Shown here: positions 17,199 to 24,114 of the stretch, piece after piece
Layout of the letters: each line of letters starts with the position of its first letter
Numbering within the stretch: position 1 is the stretch's first letter
IMG/VR virus record: IMGVR_UViG_3300044209_000012
Location: 1-27,917 of that record
Length of the DNA stretch: 27,917 bases
From: a virus
Lineage: Duplodnaviria; Caudoviricetes
Direction: 5' to 3' (one strand)
Notes under the pieces: model-generated
Told to the model about the DNA's origin: nothing
Databases searched by the model: none
What the model saw: only the letters and a program-made list of their open reading frames with translations
Made by a program: the position numbers and the translations under genes

Positions 17199-17759
17199 AT
17201 GAATACCAAAGTGATCACCGGCAAAGTCCGCGTCTCCTACTTCAAAGCCGATGTTGGTGAAACCAACAAGCTAAACGGCAAGCACGAGTTTTCGACCCAG
17301 ATCATCATCGACAAGGACGATGCAGAAACCGTGAGCGCCATCAAGTCGGCATCCAAGGCTGCACTGGTAGCCAAGTTCGGCGACAAGATCCCGAAAAACG
17401 TGCGCAACCCGCTGCGCGATGGCGACACCGAAACCAAGCAAGACGGCTCGCCTCTTGGCCCGGCATACGAAGGCAAGTTCTACATGAACTGCAAAAGCAC
17501 CAAGCGTCCCGGCATTGTGGACACCAAAGGCCGCGAGGTGCGTGATGGTGAGATCAAGTCCGGCGATTATGTGCGCGTCTCTCTGAACGCTTTCGCCTAC
17601 TCCAACGCGGGCAACAACGGCGTGTCGCTTGGCCTCAACAACATCCTGTTTGTCGAAGCCGGCGAATCGCTTGGCGGTGGCCGCAGCGACGCTTACAGCG
17701 ATTTCGGCATCACTGCATCCTCCGCGTCTGCTGGCGTGTCGGATGACGACTGGGCGTAA
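17199..17759 (+). CDS. ssDNA-binding protein (DUF2815, T7 gp2.5-like)
   Basis: KVRVSY, NPLRDGD, SGDYVRVSLNAFAY, GVSLGLNN, acidic/aromatic tail DDDWA. Confidence 0.9.
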   Translation: MNTKVITGKVRVSYFKADVGETNKLNGKHEFSTQIIIDKDDAETVSAIKSASKAALVAKFGDKIPKNVRNPLRDGDTETKQDGSPLGPAYEGKFYMNCKSTKRPGIVDTKGREVRDGEIKSGDYVRVSLNAFAYSNAGNNGVSLGLNNILFVEAGESLGGGRSDAYSDFGITASSASAGVSDDDWA

Positions 17760-17775
17760 TCTCTAGGCATCAGCA

Positions 17776-17798
17776 AGACCCGCTTCGGCGGGTTTTTT
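17776..17798 (+). terminator. Intrinsic terminator after the SSB gene
   Basis: ACCCGC-TTCG-GCGGGT followed by a T-tract. Confidence 0.85.
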
Positions 17799-17805
17799 GC
17801 TGACC

Positions 17806-17869
17806 AAAAAAAAAATCCCGACCAACAGGCCGGGATCAAACCCTCATCCAACCAAGGAGAAAGCAATGT
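17806..17869 (-). ncRNA. Candidate sRNA 1 (anti-SD plus terminator)
   Basis: Minus-strand TGgTAAGAT at 17884-17876, then CATTGCTTTCTCCTTGGTT, an ATCCCGG...TCGGGAT hairpin and a T-tract. Confidence 0.45.
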
Positions 17870-18177
17870 CTATGAATCTTACCATCACCAATGACAAGCC
17901 GCTAGACCATCGGAATCTGGCCGAAACGAAATACATCGAGACTTTCCGCAAGCTGTCACGCGAGAAGAACTGCATTGTGATCGAGTCCGGTACGACGATG
18001 AAGGCCGTAGCCAGCGCCCTGCGACACTGGATCGCCGTGCATCACCCGAACGATGGCTACAGGGTGCGCAGCGTGCAGAAGTACCACACGGACGGCAAGC
18101 CTCGCGTCTGGCTGGTCTATCCGAATGAGCCAGCCGTCAAGACCACGATTCGCGGCCCGTTTCCTGTGCGCAAGTGA
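17866..18177 (+). CDS. Hypothetical basic protein, possibly DNA-binding
   Basis: AAGGAG RBS before ATG 17866; 103 aa; GKPRVWLV. Confidence 0.7.
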   Translation: MSMNLTITNDKPLDHRNLAETKYIETFRKLSREKNCIVIESGTTMKAVASALRHWIAVHHPNDGYRVRSVQKYHTDGKPRVWLVYPNEPAVKTTIRGPFPVRK

Positions 18178-18214
18178 GATTATCCTCACCAGATAACTTG
18201 CCTAAACTCGCTAT

Positions 18215-18239
18215 AACCCGCCTCGGCGGGTTTTGTTTT
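18215..18239 (+). terminator. Intrinsic terminator
   Basis: AACCCGC-CTCG-GCGGGTTTTGTTTT. Confidence 0.75.
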
Positions 18240-18243
18240 GGGC

Positions 18244-18311
18244 AAAAAAGAACCCGGCACACAGGCCGGGTTAACACACACTTGGGAGGCAATGTCTGGC
18301 GTGTCATTGCC
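18244..18311 (-). ncRNA. Candidate sRNA 2; also terminator of the Cro operon
   Basis: Minus-strand TGgTATGAT at 18325-18317, then AGACATTGCCTCCC, an AACCCGGC...GCCGGGTT hairpin and a T-tract. Confidence 0.4.
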
Positions 18312-18317
18312 TCGCCA

Positions 18318-18917
18318 TCATACCATCTCCACCGTCACGCTGCCACCCTTGACGCGGGCCTTGAGCAGCTTTATTGCCGCCAGATAAACGCCCCTAGAAG
18401 CCGCCTCACGCTGCGCTGCGGCCCACTCCAGCATCTCGCGCACGGCTTGTAGCTCTGGCCCTGAAAATCCGATCCTGCCAGTCGCCTCGATACGCCGAGC
18501 GCAGGAGAGGAAAGCAGCTTCCGCCGCCTTGACGGCTGCCAGCACTTCTTCGCCGCCTATCCGGTAGTCCTTCGCCAGCACCTCGCACAGGTTGCAGATG
18601 TCCACCAGGTAGCGGAAGTCCGACAACCTGCCTTTGCCTCGCGTGATCGTGTCCAGGGTGGATAGATCGGCCAGCGCCAGCTTGTCGCGTGACTGCTTCG
18701 GAGCCGTAGCGGCATTGCGGATCGCCGTCTCCAGCGGCGTGATGAACTCGACGTATCGCTTGCTGCGGCGATGGCGGGACTTGATGCCGTGCCACCGCAC
18801 AGCATGGCGGCGCTTTAAGTGAGATGGAAGTGAGATGTAAGTGAGATTTGAGCAGATGCCAAGGCATCCGCCTTGCGGGTAGTTGCAGCCTGATTCTGTG
18901 CATGAGCGTTTCACCAT
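18318..18917 (-). CDS. Hypothetical phage protein
   Basis: Cys-rich N-terminus (CTESGCNYPQGGC) and a helical domain (ATGRIGFSGPELQAVR). Start chosen after GAGG. Confidence 0.65.
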   Translation of the reverse strand: MVKRSCTESGCNYPQGGCLGICSNLTYISLPSHLKRRHAVRWHGIKSRHRRSKRYVEFITPLETAIRNAATAPKQSRDKLALADLSTLDTITRGKGRLSDFRYLVDICNLCEVLAKDYRIGGEEVLAAVKAAEAAFLSCARRIEATGRIGFSGPELQAVREMLEWAAAQREAASRGVYLAAIKLLKARVKGGSVTVEMV

Positions 18918-19066
18918 ACCGCCTCCCCGCACTCGGCCAGCAGATCATCGGCCAGCCACTCGCGCTCTTGCTGGCGAGTCATCTCGCGCTTCTGTGTGGC
19001 TTGTGCTGGGATAGCCGCCAGCCTGGCGAGCAGGTCGGCGTAGTCTTTGTCTGTGGTGCGTGTCAT
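18911..19066 (-). CDS. Hypothetical 51-aa protein
   Basis: AAGGAG RBS; ATGA overlap with the Cro-like gene; MTRTTDKDYADLLARL. Confidence 0.6.
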   Translation of the reverse strand: MTRTTDKDYADLLARLAAIPAQATQKREMTRQQEREWLADDLLAECGEAVW

Positions 19067-19269
19067 CGTTGCTCCTTGGGCTTCCAATCTGTAGGCTTGA
19101 TCCGCCGCGAGTAGCGGCGCATGAGTTCGGCGGCCACCGACTGGGGCAGGCCGCGTGTGTACCAGTGCGTGACGGCGGCAGGAGTCACCTGCATTTCTGC
19201 TGCAAGGCGTTTCTTGCCGCCAGCCACCGCAACGGCATGGTCTAGTATGTAAGGGACGGGAGGTTTCAT
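19063..19269 (-). CDS. Cro/YdaS-like HTH repressor
   Basis: AVAVAGGKKRLAAEMQVTPAAVTHWYTRGLP; 68 aa at a divergent junction. Confidence 0.85.
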   Translation of the reverse strand: MKPPVPYILDHAVAVAGGKKRLAAEMQVTPAAVTHWYTRGLPQSVAAELMRRYSRRIKPTDWKPKEQR

Positions 19270-19356
19270 GCCTGCATTGTAACCTATGCGGTTTACTGGC
19301 AGTGAACGTATCTTTTACGAAAAGTTGGTGCAACGCTGGTTTTCTGGTCTATACTG
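19270..19356. promoter_or_regulatory. Divergent promoter/operator region
   Basis: Minus-strand TACAAT (19281-19276); plus-strand TATACT (19350-19355); imperfect palindrome GTAACC-N6-GTTTAC plus two degenerate copies. Confidence 0.55.
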
Positions 19357-19388
19357 GAGGCACACCAACACACAACGGAGCAAGCAAC

Positions 19389-19634
19389 ATGACCACCATC
19401 AACGCACTGACTGAGCAAGCTGCCACTGTCATCATCGGACAGCGTGCCGATGGCAAGCGCATCGAATACTTCAACCCTGCACGCGGCGTCGTGAACGGCC
19501 ATGAGGTTGAAGTGAGGGTAGTTGAGCAAATGCGCCGCACCACCAGCCGCAGCATTCAGGCACCTTCGTTCATGTTCAAGGTGGACGGCAAGCGAGTGTC
19601 CAAATCGAACCTGGCCGCAGCACTGGCCGCCTGA
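19389..19634 (+). CDS. Early hypothetical protein
   Basis: GGAG RBS; MTTINALTEQ..., 81 aa. Confidence 0.7.
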   Translation: MTTINALTEQAATVIIGQRADGKRIEYFNPARGVVNGHEVEVRVVEQMRRTTSRSIQAPSFMFKVDGKRVSKSNLAAALAA

Positions 19635-19687
19635 GTCCCCATCGCACAGCCTTCGGGCTGTCCAATGCGGATTCCGCAGATCACCAA
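19629..19687 (+). repeat. Direct repeat copy 1 (long UUCG hairpin)
   Basis: GCCTGAGTCCCCATCGCACAGCCTTCGGGCTGTCCAATGCGGATTCC-GCAGATCACCAA. Confidence 0.95.
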
Positions 19688-19705
19688 CCAACTAGGGACA
19701 GCACC

Positions 19706-19879
19706 ATGAACAAAATTTTCGACATCTTTCTCGGTCGCCTCGATGGATGGCATACGACACGAATTGCGCAAAATGTTGACGACAAGACCGTCAGCGAGTG
19801 GATCAAAAATGGTTACCGAATCGAAACTGAGCACCAGATCGGCGTTCGCTTGCATGAGGTTTATCTGGTCAAGGCCTGA
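19706..19879 (+). CDS. Early hypothetical 57-aa protein (absent from the ORF track)
   Basis: MNKIFDIFLGRLDGWHTT...EVYLVKA; fills the space between the two repeats exactly. Confidence 0.7.
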   Translation: MNKIFDIFLGRLDGWHTTRIAQNVDDKTVSEWIKNGYRIETEHQIGVRLHEVYLVKA

Positions 19880-19934
19880 GTCCCCATCGCACAGCCTTCG
19901 GGCTGTCCAATGCGGATTCCCCGCAGATCACCAA
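19874..19934 (+). repeat. Direct repeat copy 2
   Basis: Identical to copy 1 except for a 2-bp CC insertion. Confidence 0.95.
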
Positions 19935-19945
19935 GGAGCAGCAAC

Positions 19946-20008
19946 ATGGGAAATCGAGCGGTCATCACCGCCGGAACCGCACCAAACGCGCCGGTTTTCA
20001 ACCAGTAA
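19946..20008 (+). pseudogene. 20-codon ORF, probable deletion remnant
   Basis: Strong AAGGAG RBS; MGNRAVITAGTAPNAPVFNQ*. Confidence 0.5.
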
Positions 20009-20061
20009 TCCGCCCGCAGCCCGGACGGCTTCCGGGCATCACACACCAAGGAGCAAGCACC

Positions 20062-20340
20062 ATGTACCACCAAGTCCTCAACATCGGCGAAGACGCCATT
20101 CAAGTGACTGTCGAGTACAGCATGGACGAGCAGTACGCCGTCGTTGACAAGATCATCTACGAAGGCCGCGAGATTCCTGTCGGCCTGTTCGATCTGCCGC
20201 AAATCGAATCCATCGCCAGCACGCTGGAAGCCGGGCATCATGAGGTGCTGCGTGAGATGGACTGGCAGCACTCGGAGGACAAGGCAGCAGACCGTGACGC
20301 CTTCCGCGAGGCTTACCGCGATCATCCGCTGGGCATCTGA
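20062..20340 (+). CDS. Early hypothetical acidic protein
   Basis: AAGGAG RBS; 92 aa. Confidence 0.75.
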   Translation: MYHQVLNIGEDAIQVTVEYSMDEQYAVVDKIIYEGREIPVGLFDLPQIESIASTLEAGHHEVLREMDWQHSEDKAADRDAFREAYRDHPLGI

Positions 20341-20342
20341 AC

Positions 20343-20546
20343 ATGCAACCCATCATCATCCGGAACTTCAACAAGCTAGAGGAACTTGAGCTGTCTAGCT
20401 CTAGCTTTGACACTATCGGTCCATTGGTCACGCTCAAGCAAAAAGCCAGCTCATGCTGGTTCAGCTTCAGCATGACGCCTAACCAAGCCCGCTACATGGC
20501 CAAAGCCCTGATCGAACACGCCGACAACCTGGGGGACGCAGAATGA
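20343..20546 (+). CDS. Hypothetical protein
   Basis: MTPNQARYMAKALIEHAD; tightly packed in the operon. Confidence 0.7.
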   Translation: MQPIIIRNFNKLEELELSSSSFDTIGPLVTLKQKASSCWFSFSMTPNQARYMAKALIEHADNLGDAE

Positions 20547-20803
20547 ACACGCTGATCAAGAACTGGACGCTGGCGCTGGCTGGTGTCTGTGCCATCATGG
20601 CCGCTACCGCGCTGCTTGACGGCCCTTCTGATGCCGAGCTGGCCCGTATGACTGCTGCCGACCTTGCGGACGCCACCAAAGCCGAGCAGATCGCCATGCA
20701 GCGCCTGGAGCGCTGCCGAGACACACGCGGGCCTCGTGCCGAGGTAGTGCTGGCCGGCATCAACGGGCAGGATTTTGTTTGCCGCGTAACAGAGGGAATT
20801 TGA
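20543..20803 (+). CDS. Hypothetical protein with N-terminal TM/signal segment
   Basis: WTLALAGVCAIMAATALLDGPSD, two downstream Cys; ATGA overlap. Confidence 0.7.
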   Translation: MNTLIKNWTLALAGVCAIMAATALLDGPSDAELARMTAADLADATKAEQIAMQRLERCRDTRGPRAEVVLAGINGQDFVCRVTEGI

Positions 20804-20806
20804 ACC

Positions 20807-21025
20807 ATGCCAGCACCATTCATTCTTCCGCCCACCAAAGGCTCAACCGGCAAAGTCGCCATCTATGAGCCTTTCAATGGCATCGACTGGAGCATGAGCA
20901 TCCATCGCCCAGGCTGCCAGGATCACCTCAGGTGCATGAGCCGCCGAGGCGACAAGTTGGTGCCGCACACCGGCCCCATCGGGATGCGCTCCAACGCCAA
21001 GGGGAATTTCATCCATGAGCGATAA
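20807..21025 (+). CDS. Hypothetical protein
   Basis: RPGCQDHLRCMSRRGD; GAGG RBS. Confidence 0.65.
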   Translation: MPAPFILPPTKGSTGKVAIYEPFNGIDWSMSIHRPGCQDHLRCMSRRGDKLVPHTGPIGMRSNAKGNFIHER

Positions 21026-21179
21026 CGACAGGTTCCATCGCAACGTTTGCTGCGATGGCGAGTGCCGACAAGGGCGCGATTGCCCAATGTGCAACGCCAC
21101 TAGCTTTGCGGCTTACGTCATCGTGACCGTGTGCCTGATGCTGTCTGCCGTCGGGCTGATCTACTGGGCTAACCAATGA
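21015..21179 (+). CDS. 54-aa Cys-rich membrane protein (absent from the ORF track)
   Basis: CCDGECRQGRDCP followed by hydrophobic FAAYVIVTVCLMLSAVGLIYW; ATGA overlap with the next gene. Confidence 0.7.
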   Translation: MSDNDRFHRNVCCDGECRQGRDCPMCNATSFAAYVIVTVCLMLSAVGLIYWANQ

Positions 21180-21475
21180 TCGTCGATCTACTCAACCCCA
21201 ACACCAACCCGCTACCGGACGAAGCGCAGCAGCTTGTTGCTGCGCTGCTGGAGGGTCGCGTGAGATCCATGTTCCTCGTAGCCGAGATCGAGGAGTCCGA
21301 TGGCTCTACGGCTTGGCTGGAGGGATCGCTGGTCAACATGGACGAGCATCAGTCAGACATTCGAGCCTTCATAGGCTCGATCACTCTCAACCTTGACGAA
21401 CTCAAACAGGACGTAATCGATGGGCTTTTTACCGACGATGACGAAGACGAAGCCGGCAACGAGGACGTTGGCTGA
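21176..21475 (+). CDS. Highly acidic hypothetical protein
   Basis: 99 aa; about 24 D/E versus 4 K/R by hand count. Confidence 0.7.
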   Translation: MIVDLLNPNTNPLPDEAQQLVAALLEGRVRSMFLVAEIEESDGSTAWLEGSLVNMDEHQSDIRAFIGSITLNLDELKQDVIDGLFTDDDEDEAGNEDVG

Positions 21476-21614
21476 CTTGAGGCCAAACGCCACGATCCAT
21501 TGCATGGTTTGCGACAAGGACGCGCCAGCAGCCGGATCTAGGAAGTTTCACGCGCACCATGTCTGTGTGCCGTGTTCGCAGAAATTGCAAGCGATGAAGG
21601 AGAAGGAAAAATGA
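21438..21614 (+). CDS. Small Zn-finger-like protein
   Basis: CMVC...CVPC; ATGA overlap with the next gene. Confidence 0.6.
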   Translation: MTKTKPATRTLADLRPNATIHCMVCDKDAPAAGSRKFHAHHVCVPCSQKLQAMKEKEK

Positions 21615-21892
21615 ACAATGAACCCGATGCCCTGCGGCTGGCGGATTTGCTGGATGAGAAGTGGCACCGCTGGGAGGACGACCCTACCGACGAACTGAAA
21701 GCCGCCGCCGAACTGCGCCGCCTGCACGCTGAGAACGAAAAGCTGCTGGCAGTTCTGGAAGAAGCCGAGTACGCGCTCGACTACGCAGTCGACATGACAA
21801 AGCCAGAGGGGCTATCGGGATGCGACTGCCCGATCTGCACTGCGTCTATCAAGATAGGCGGAGTCCTTGCGGGCAAGAGGAGGCAAGCATGA
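21611..21892 (+). CDS. Hypothetical protein
   Basis: PDALRLADLL...AAAELRRLHAENE phage motif; ATGA overlaps. Confidence 0.7.
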   Translation: MNNEPDALRLADLLDEKWHRWEDDPTDELKAAAELRRLHAENEKLLAVLEEAEYALDYAVDMTKPEGLSGCDCPICTASIKIGGVLAGKRRQA

Positions 21893-22368
21893 GCAGGATC
21901 ACAATCGACCGCGCAGTACTGGAGCAGGCGCTTAAGCTATTGGACGCGCTAAGCTGCGATGAAAATTACGACTATGACGGATGCTTCCAACATTGGACTG
22001 ACTATGCCCGGCCAGAAAAGTTGGCTTTACAGTTCCGCGCAGCACTGGAGCAGCCGCAAGTCGAGCAGGAGCCTACACCGAATGGCGCTACGCACAGACA
22101 ACCGAAGCAAGGGGCGTTTTACAAGCGCGTGGATGGCAGGTGGTACGTCTGGTCGCGTATGGAGAGTGGTGGGTCGCACAGGTGGTACATATCACCCGGA
22201 ACAACCGAGAGTTGCTTAGACCCTATCTACACCCACCCGCAGCCACCTCGCCAGCCGCTGACGGAAGAAGAAATCCGCGATCTGTTTCAAGACCAGCGAG
22301 CATTTCCAAGGTTGCTTAAGTTCATTCGCGTGATCGAAGAAGCGCATGGTATCAAGGAGCAGAAATGA
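21889..22368 (+). CDS. Ea/Eaa-like mosaic hypothetical protein
   Basis: IDRAVLEQAL...PIYTHPQPPRQPLTEEEI...IEEAHGI; GAGG RBS. Confidence 0.7.
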   Translation: MSRITIDRAVLEQALKLLDALSCDENYDYDGCFQHWTDYARPEKLALQFRAALEQPQVEQEPTPNGATHRQPKQGAFYKRVDGRWYVWSRMESGGSHRWYISPGTTESCLDPIYTHPQPPRQPLTEEEIRDLFQDQRAFPRLLKFIRVIEEAHGIKEQK

Positions 22369-22730
22369 TCGACCGCGACACCATCATCCGCATGTTCCAC
22401 GAGGCCGGCGAGTCCGCAGGCTGGAAGCCAGGTATTGGAAACCAGCTCGTCATCAACTACCTAACACACTTCGCCGCCCTGGTCGCCGCTGCCGAGCGCG
22501 AGGACTGCAAACACGAGTGCTTCGATACCGTGCGTGAGGCGGTACACGTCGCAGTGGAAGCCGAGCGCGAGGCGTGCGCGCAGGTATGCGACGAGCAGGC
22601 GTCACGAAGCGAGACCTCTATGCTGAAAGCGAAAAGCGTCAAAACCAGAGACATCTATTCCGCCGCTGGTCAGACGGCGCACTGGATGGCGCAGGCCATC
22701 CGCGCAAGGAGCATCAATGACCAAACCTGA
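22365..22730 (+). CDS. Hypothetical protein
   Basis: FAALVAAAERE...AEREACAQVCD...AIRAR motif; AAGGAG RBS. Confidence 0.75.
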   Translation: MIDRDTIIRMFHEAGESAGWKPGIGNQLVINYLTHFAALVAAAEREDCKHECFDTVREAVHVAVEAEREACAQVCDEQASRSETSMLKAKSVKTRDIYSAAGQTAHWMAQAIRARSINDQT

Positions 22731-22863
22731 ACTCCTGGCGCTGCTGCGCCTCTTGTCAGCCGTCGAGACGGCCATGCTGTGCCACAAGGTCAGCCTGCCG
22801 GATCACCTGTGGGAGGCCATCTCTGCAACGTGTGAAAAGGTCGAGCGGGAGATTCTGCAATGA
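22717..22863 (+). CDS. Hypothetical 48-aa protein (absent from the ORF track)
   Basis: AAGGAG RBS; MTKPELLALLRLLSAVE...; ATGA overlap with the next gene. Confidence 0.7.
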   Translation: MTKPELLALLRLLSAVETAMLCHKVSLPDHLWEAISATCEKVEREILQ

Positions 22864-23063
22864 CCACCAAGACCCGACACTGTGACGAGTGCGAGCACTG
22901 GCAAGAGATCAACTTCCGCCGCACAACTCCGTGCAAACTTGGGCACCGCCCGCGCTTTTACATGGCACAAGAGATAACGCTGGGCGGCAATTGGGGCGGC
23001 TGGAAGCGCCGCTGCGAGGACTTCAAGGAGAGTGAGAATGGACTGCCAGCCCGTCACCCTTGA
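22860..23063 (+). CDS. Small Cys-rich protein
   Basis: HCDECEH...CKLGHRPRFY...WGGWKRRCEDF. Confidence 0.65.
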   Translation: MTTKTRHCDECEHWQEINFRRTTPCKLGHRPRFYMAQEITLGGNWGGWKRRCEDFKESENGLPARHP

Positions 23064-23307
23064 CCAGCTCGCAAGGCTCTACCAGGCCCGAAACGAGGCC
23101 AACAAGCGCATGAGCCAAGCCATGCGCAGCAAAGACGCACCGATGATCCGCCTGGCCAAGGAGGACGCTACCCGCTGGAACCAGACCTACGACGACGCCC
23201 GCAAGGCGTGGAAAAAGCAGCAGAAGAAGCGCCAGCGTGAGCAATGGCGCACCACGATGATCAAGTTCTACATGCACTATGCCGAAGCATCAACTTCCAA
23301 CCCGTGA
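23032..23307 (+). CDS. Hypothetical basic helical protein
   Basis: AAGGAG RBS; overlaps its neighbours. Start is 23032 or 23038. Confidence 0.55.
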   Translation: MRMDCQPVTLDQLARLYQARNEANKRMSQAMRSKDAPMIRLAKEDATRWNQTYDDARKAWKKQQKKRQREQWRTTMIKFYMHYAEASTSNP

Positions 23308-23980
23308 ATCCATCCTTGCGCTGCTGGCCGAAAGGCCTCACCGCATGATTGAGATTGCGCCAAGCCGCAGCCCAGGCAGTACCGTGAGAAAAGCGGCCAG
23401 CGAAGCGGTAAAAAGTCTCAAGGCGGACGGATTGATCCGTCAGCAGTACCTTGATGCAATGCCGTATCTCACTCTGATCGACTGGAAGCCTGACGCCAAA
23501 TACTTCCAACTTCGAGTTGACGAGCGATGCAAGCGTACCGTTGATGGCTGCTTGGAGTGGATCGGCGCTCGCAACCATCACGGCAACCCCGTGATGCGGT
23601 TTGATGACAACAAGCCAAAGACCGTCAGGCATTGGCTATGGCATCAGCACAGAGGCCGTCAGCCCAACGCCAAAACGGAGCGGATTTACATGACATGCAT
23701 GAACGAGGATTGCGTAGAGCCATCGCACATGATGCTGCGCAAGGCAAACTATATGCACAAAGGCAAAACCAGAACGATGGCCTCGATCATTCGCATGAGC
23801 ATTGCTGGGCAGCGCAAGATCACGCGGGAGGATGCGCGAGCCATTCGCGCAAGCACTGAAGGTAGCAGAGTGCTCGCGCAGCGTTACGGCGTATCGCAAG
23901 TCACCATCAACCAGATCAGGCGAGGGCAGACGCACAAAGAACCTGCCATGATGATGTTTAGTCAGTTGCTCGCTGCATGA
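23279..23980 (+). CDS. DNA-binding protein: N-terminal wHTH-like region, degenerate His-Me (HNH) finger, C-terminal HTH
   Basis: DGCLEWIG, MTCMNEDCVEPSHM, LAQRYGVSQVTINQIRRG. Confidence 0.75.
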   Translation: MPKHQLPTRESILALLAERPHRMIEIAPSRSPGSTVRKAASEAVKSLKADGLIRQQYLDAMPYLTLIDWKPDAKYFQLRVDERCKRTVDGCLEWIGARNHHGNPVMRFDDNKPKTVRHWLWHQHRGRQPNAKTERIYMTCMNEDCVEPSHMMLRKANYMHKGKTRTMASIIRMSIAGQRKITREDARAIRASTEGSRVLAQRYGVSQVTINQIRRGQTHKEPAMMMFSQLLAA

Positions 23981-23984
23981 AAGC

Positions 23985-24015
23985 ACAAGGCCAGCGCAAT
24001 GCTGGCCTTGTTTTC
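23985..24015. terminator. Terminator between the convergent early and lysis operons
   Basis: ACAAGGCCAGC-GCAAT-GCTGGCCTTGT followed by TTT. Confidence 0.75.
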
Positions 24016-24114
24016 ATCTAGCCTGGATGAAGCACCATTTTCCCAGAACACATTTCGATAGCAAGCCGGTCGCTAACACCGGGTAGTCTGGCTAGATGAC
24101 AATGGCATCTTACA

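Noticed and set aside
18292-18387. Short plus-strand ORF after GGGAGG (MSGVSLPR...)
   Set aside because: SD spacing is too short, the start is hairpin-occluded, and it is antisense to a credible gene.
19629-19934. Repeats as a CRISPR mini-array or as terminators
   Set aside because: Only two ~60-bp copies, separated by a ~186-bp stretch holding a gene; no U-tract.
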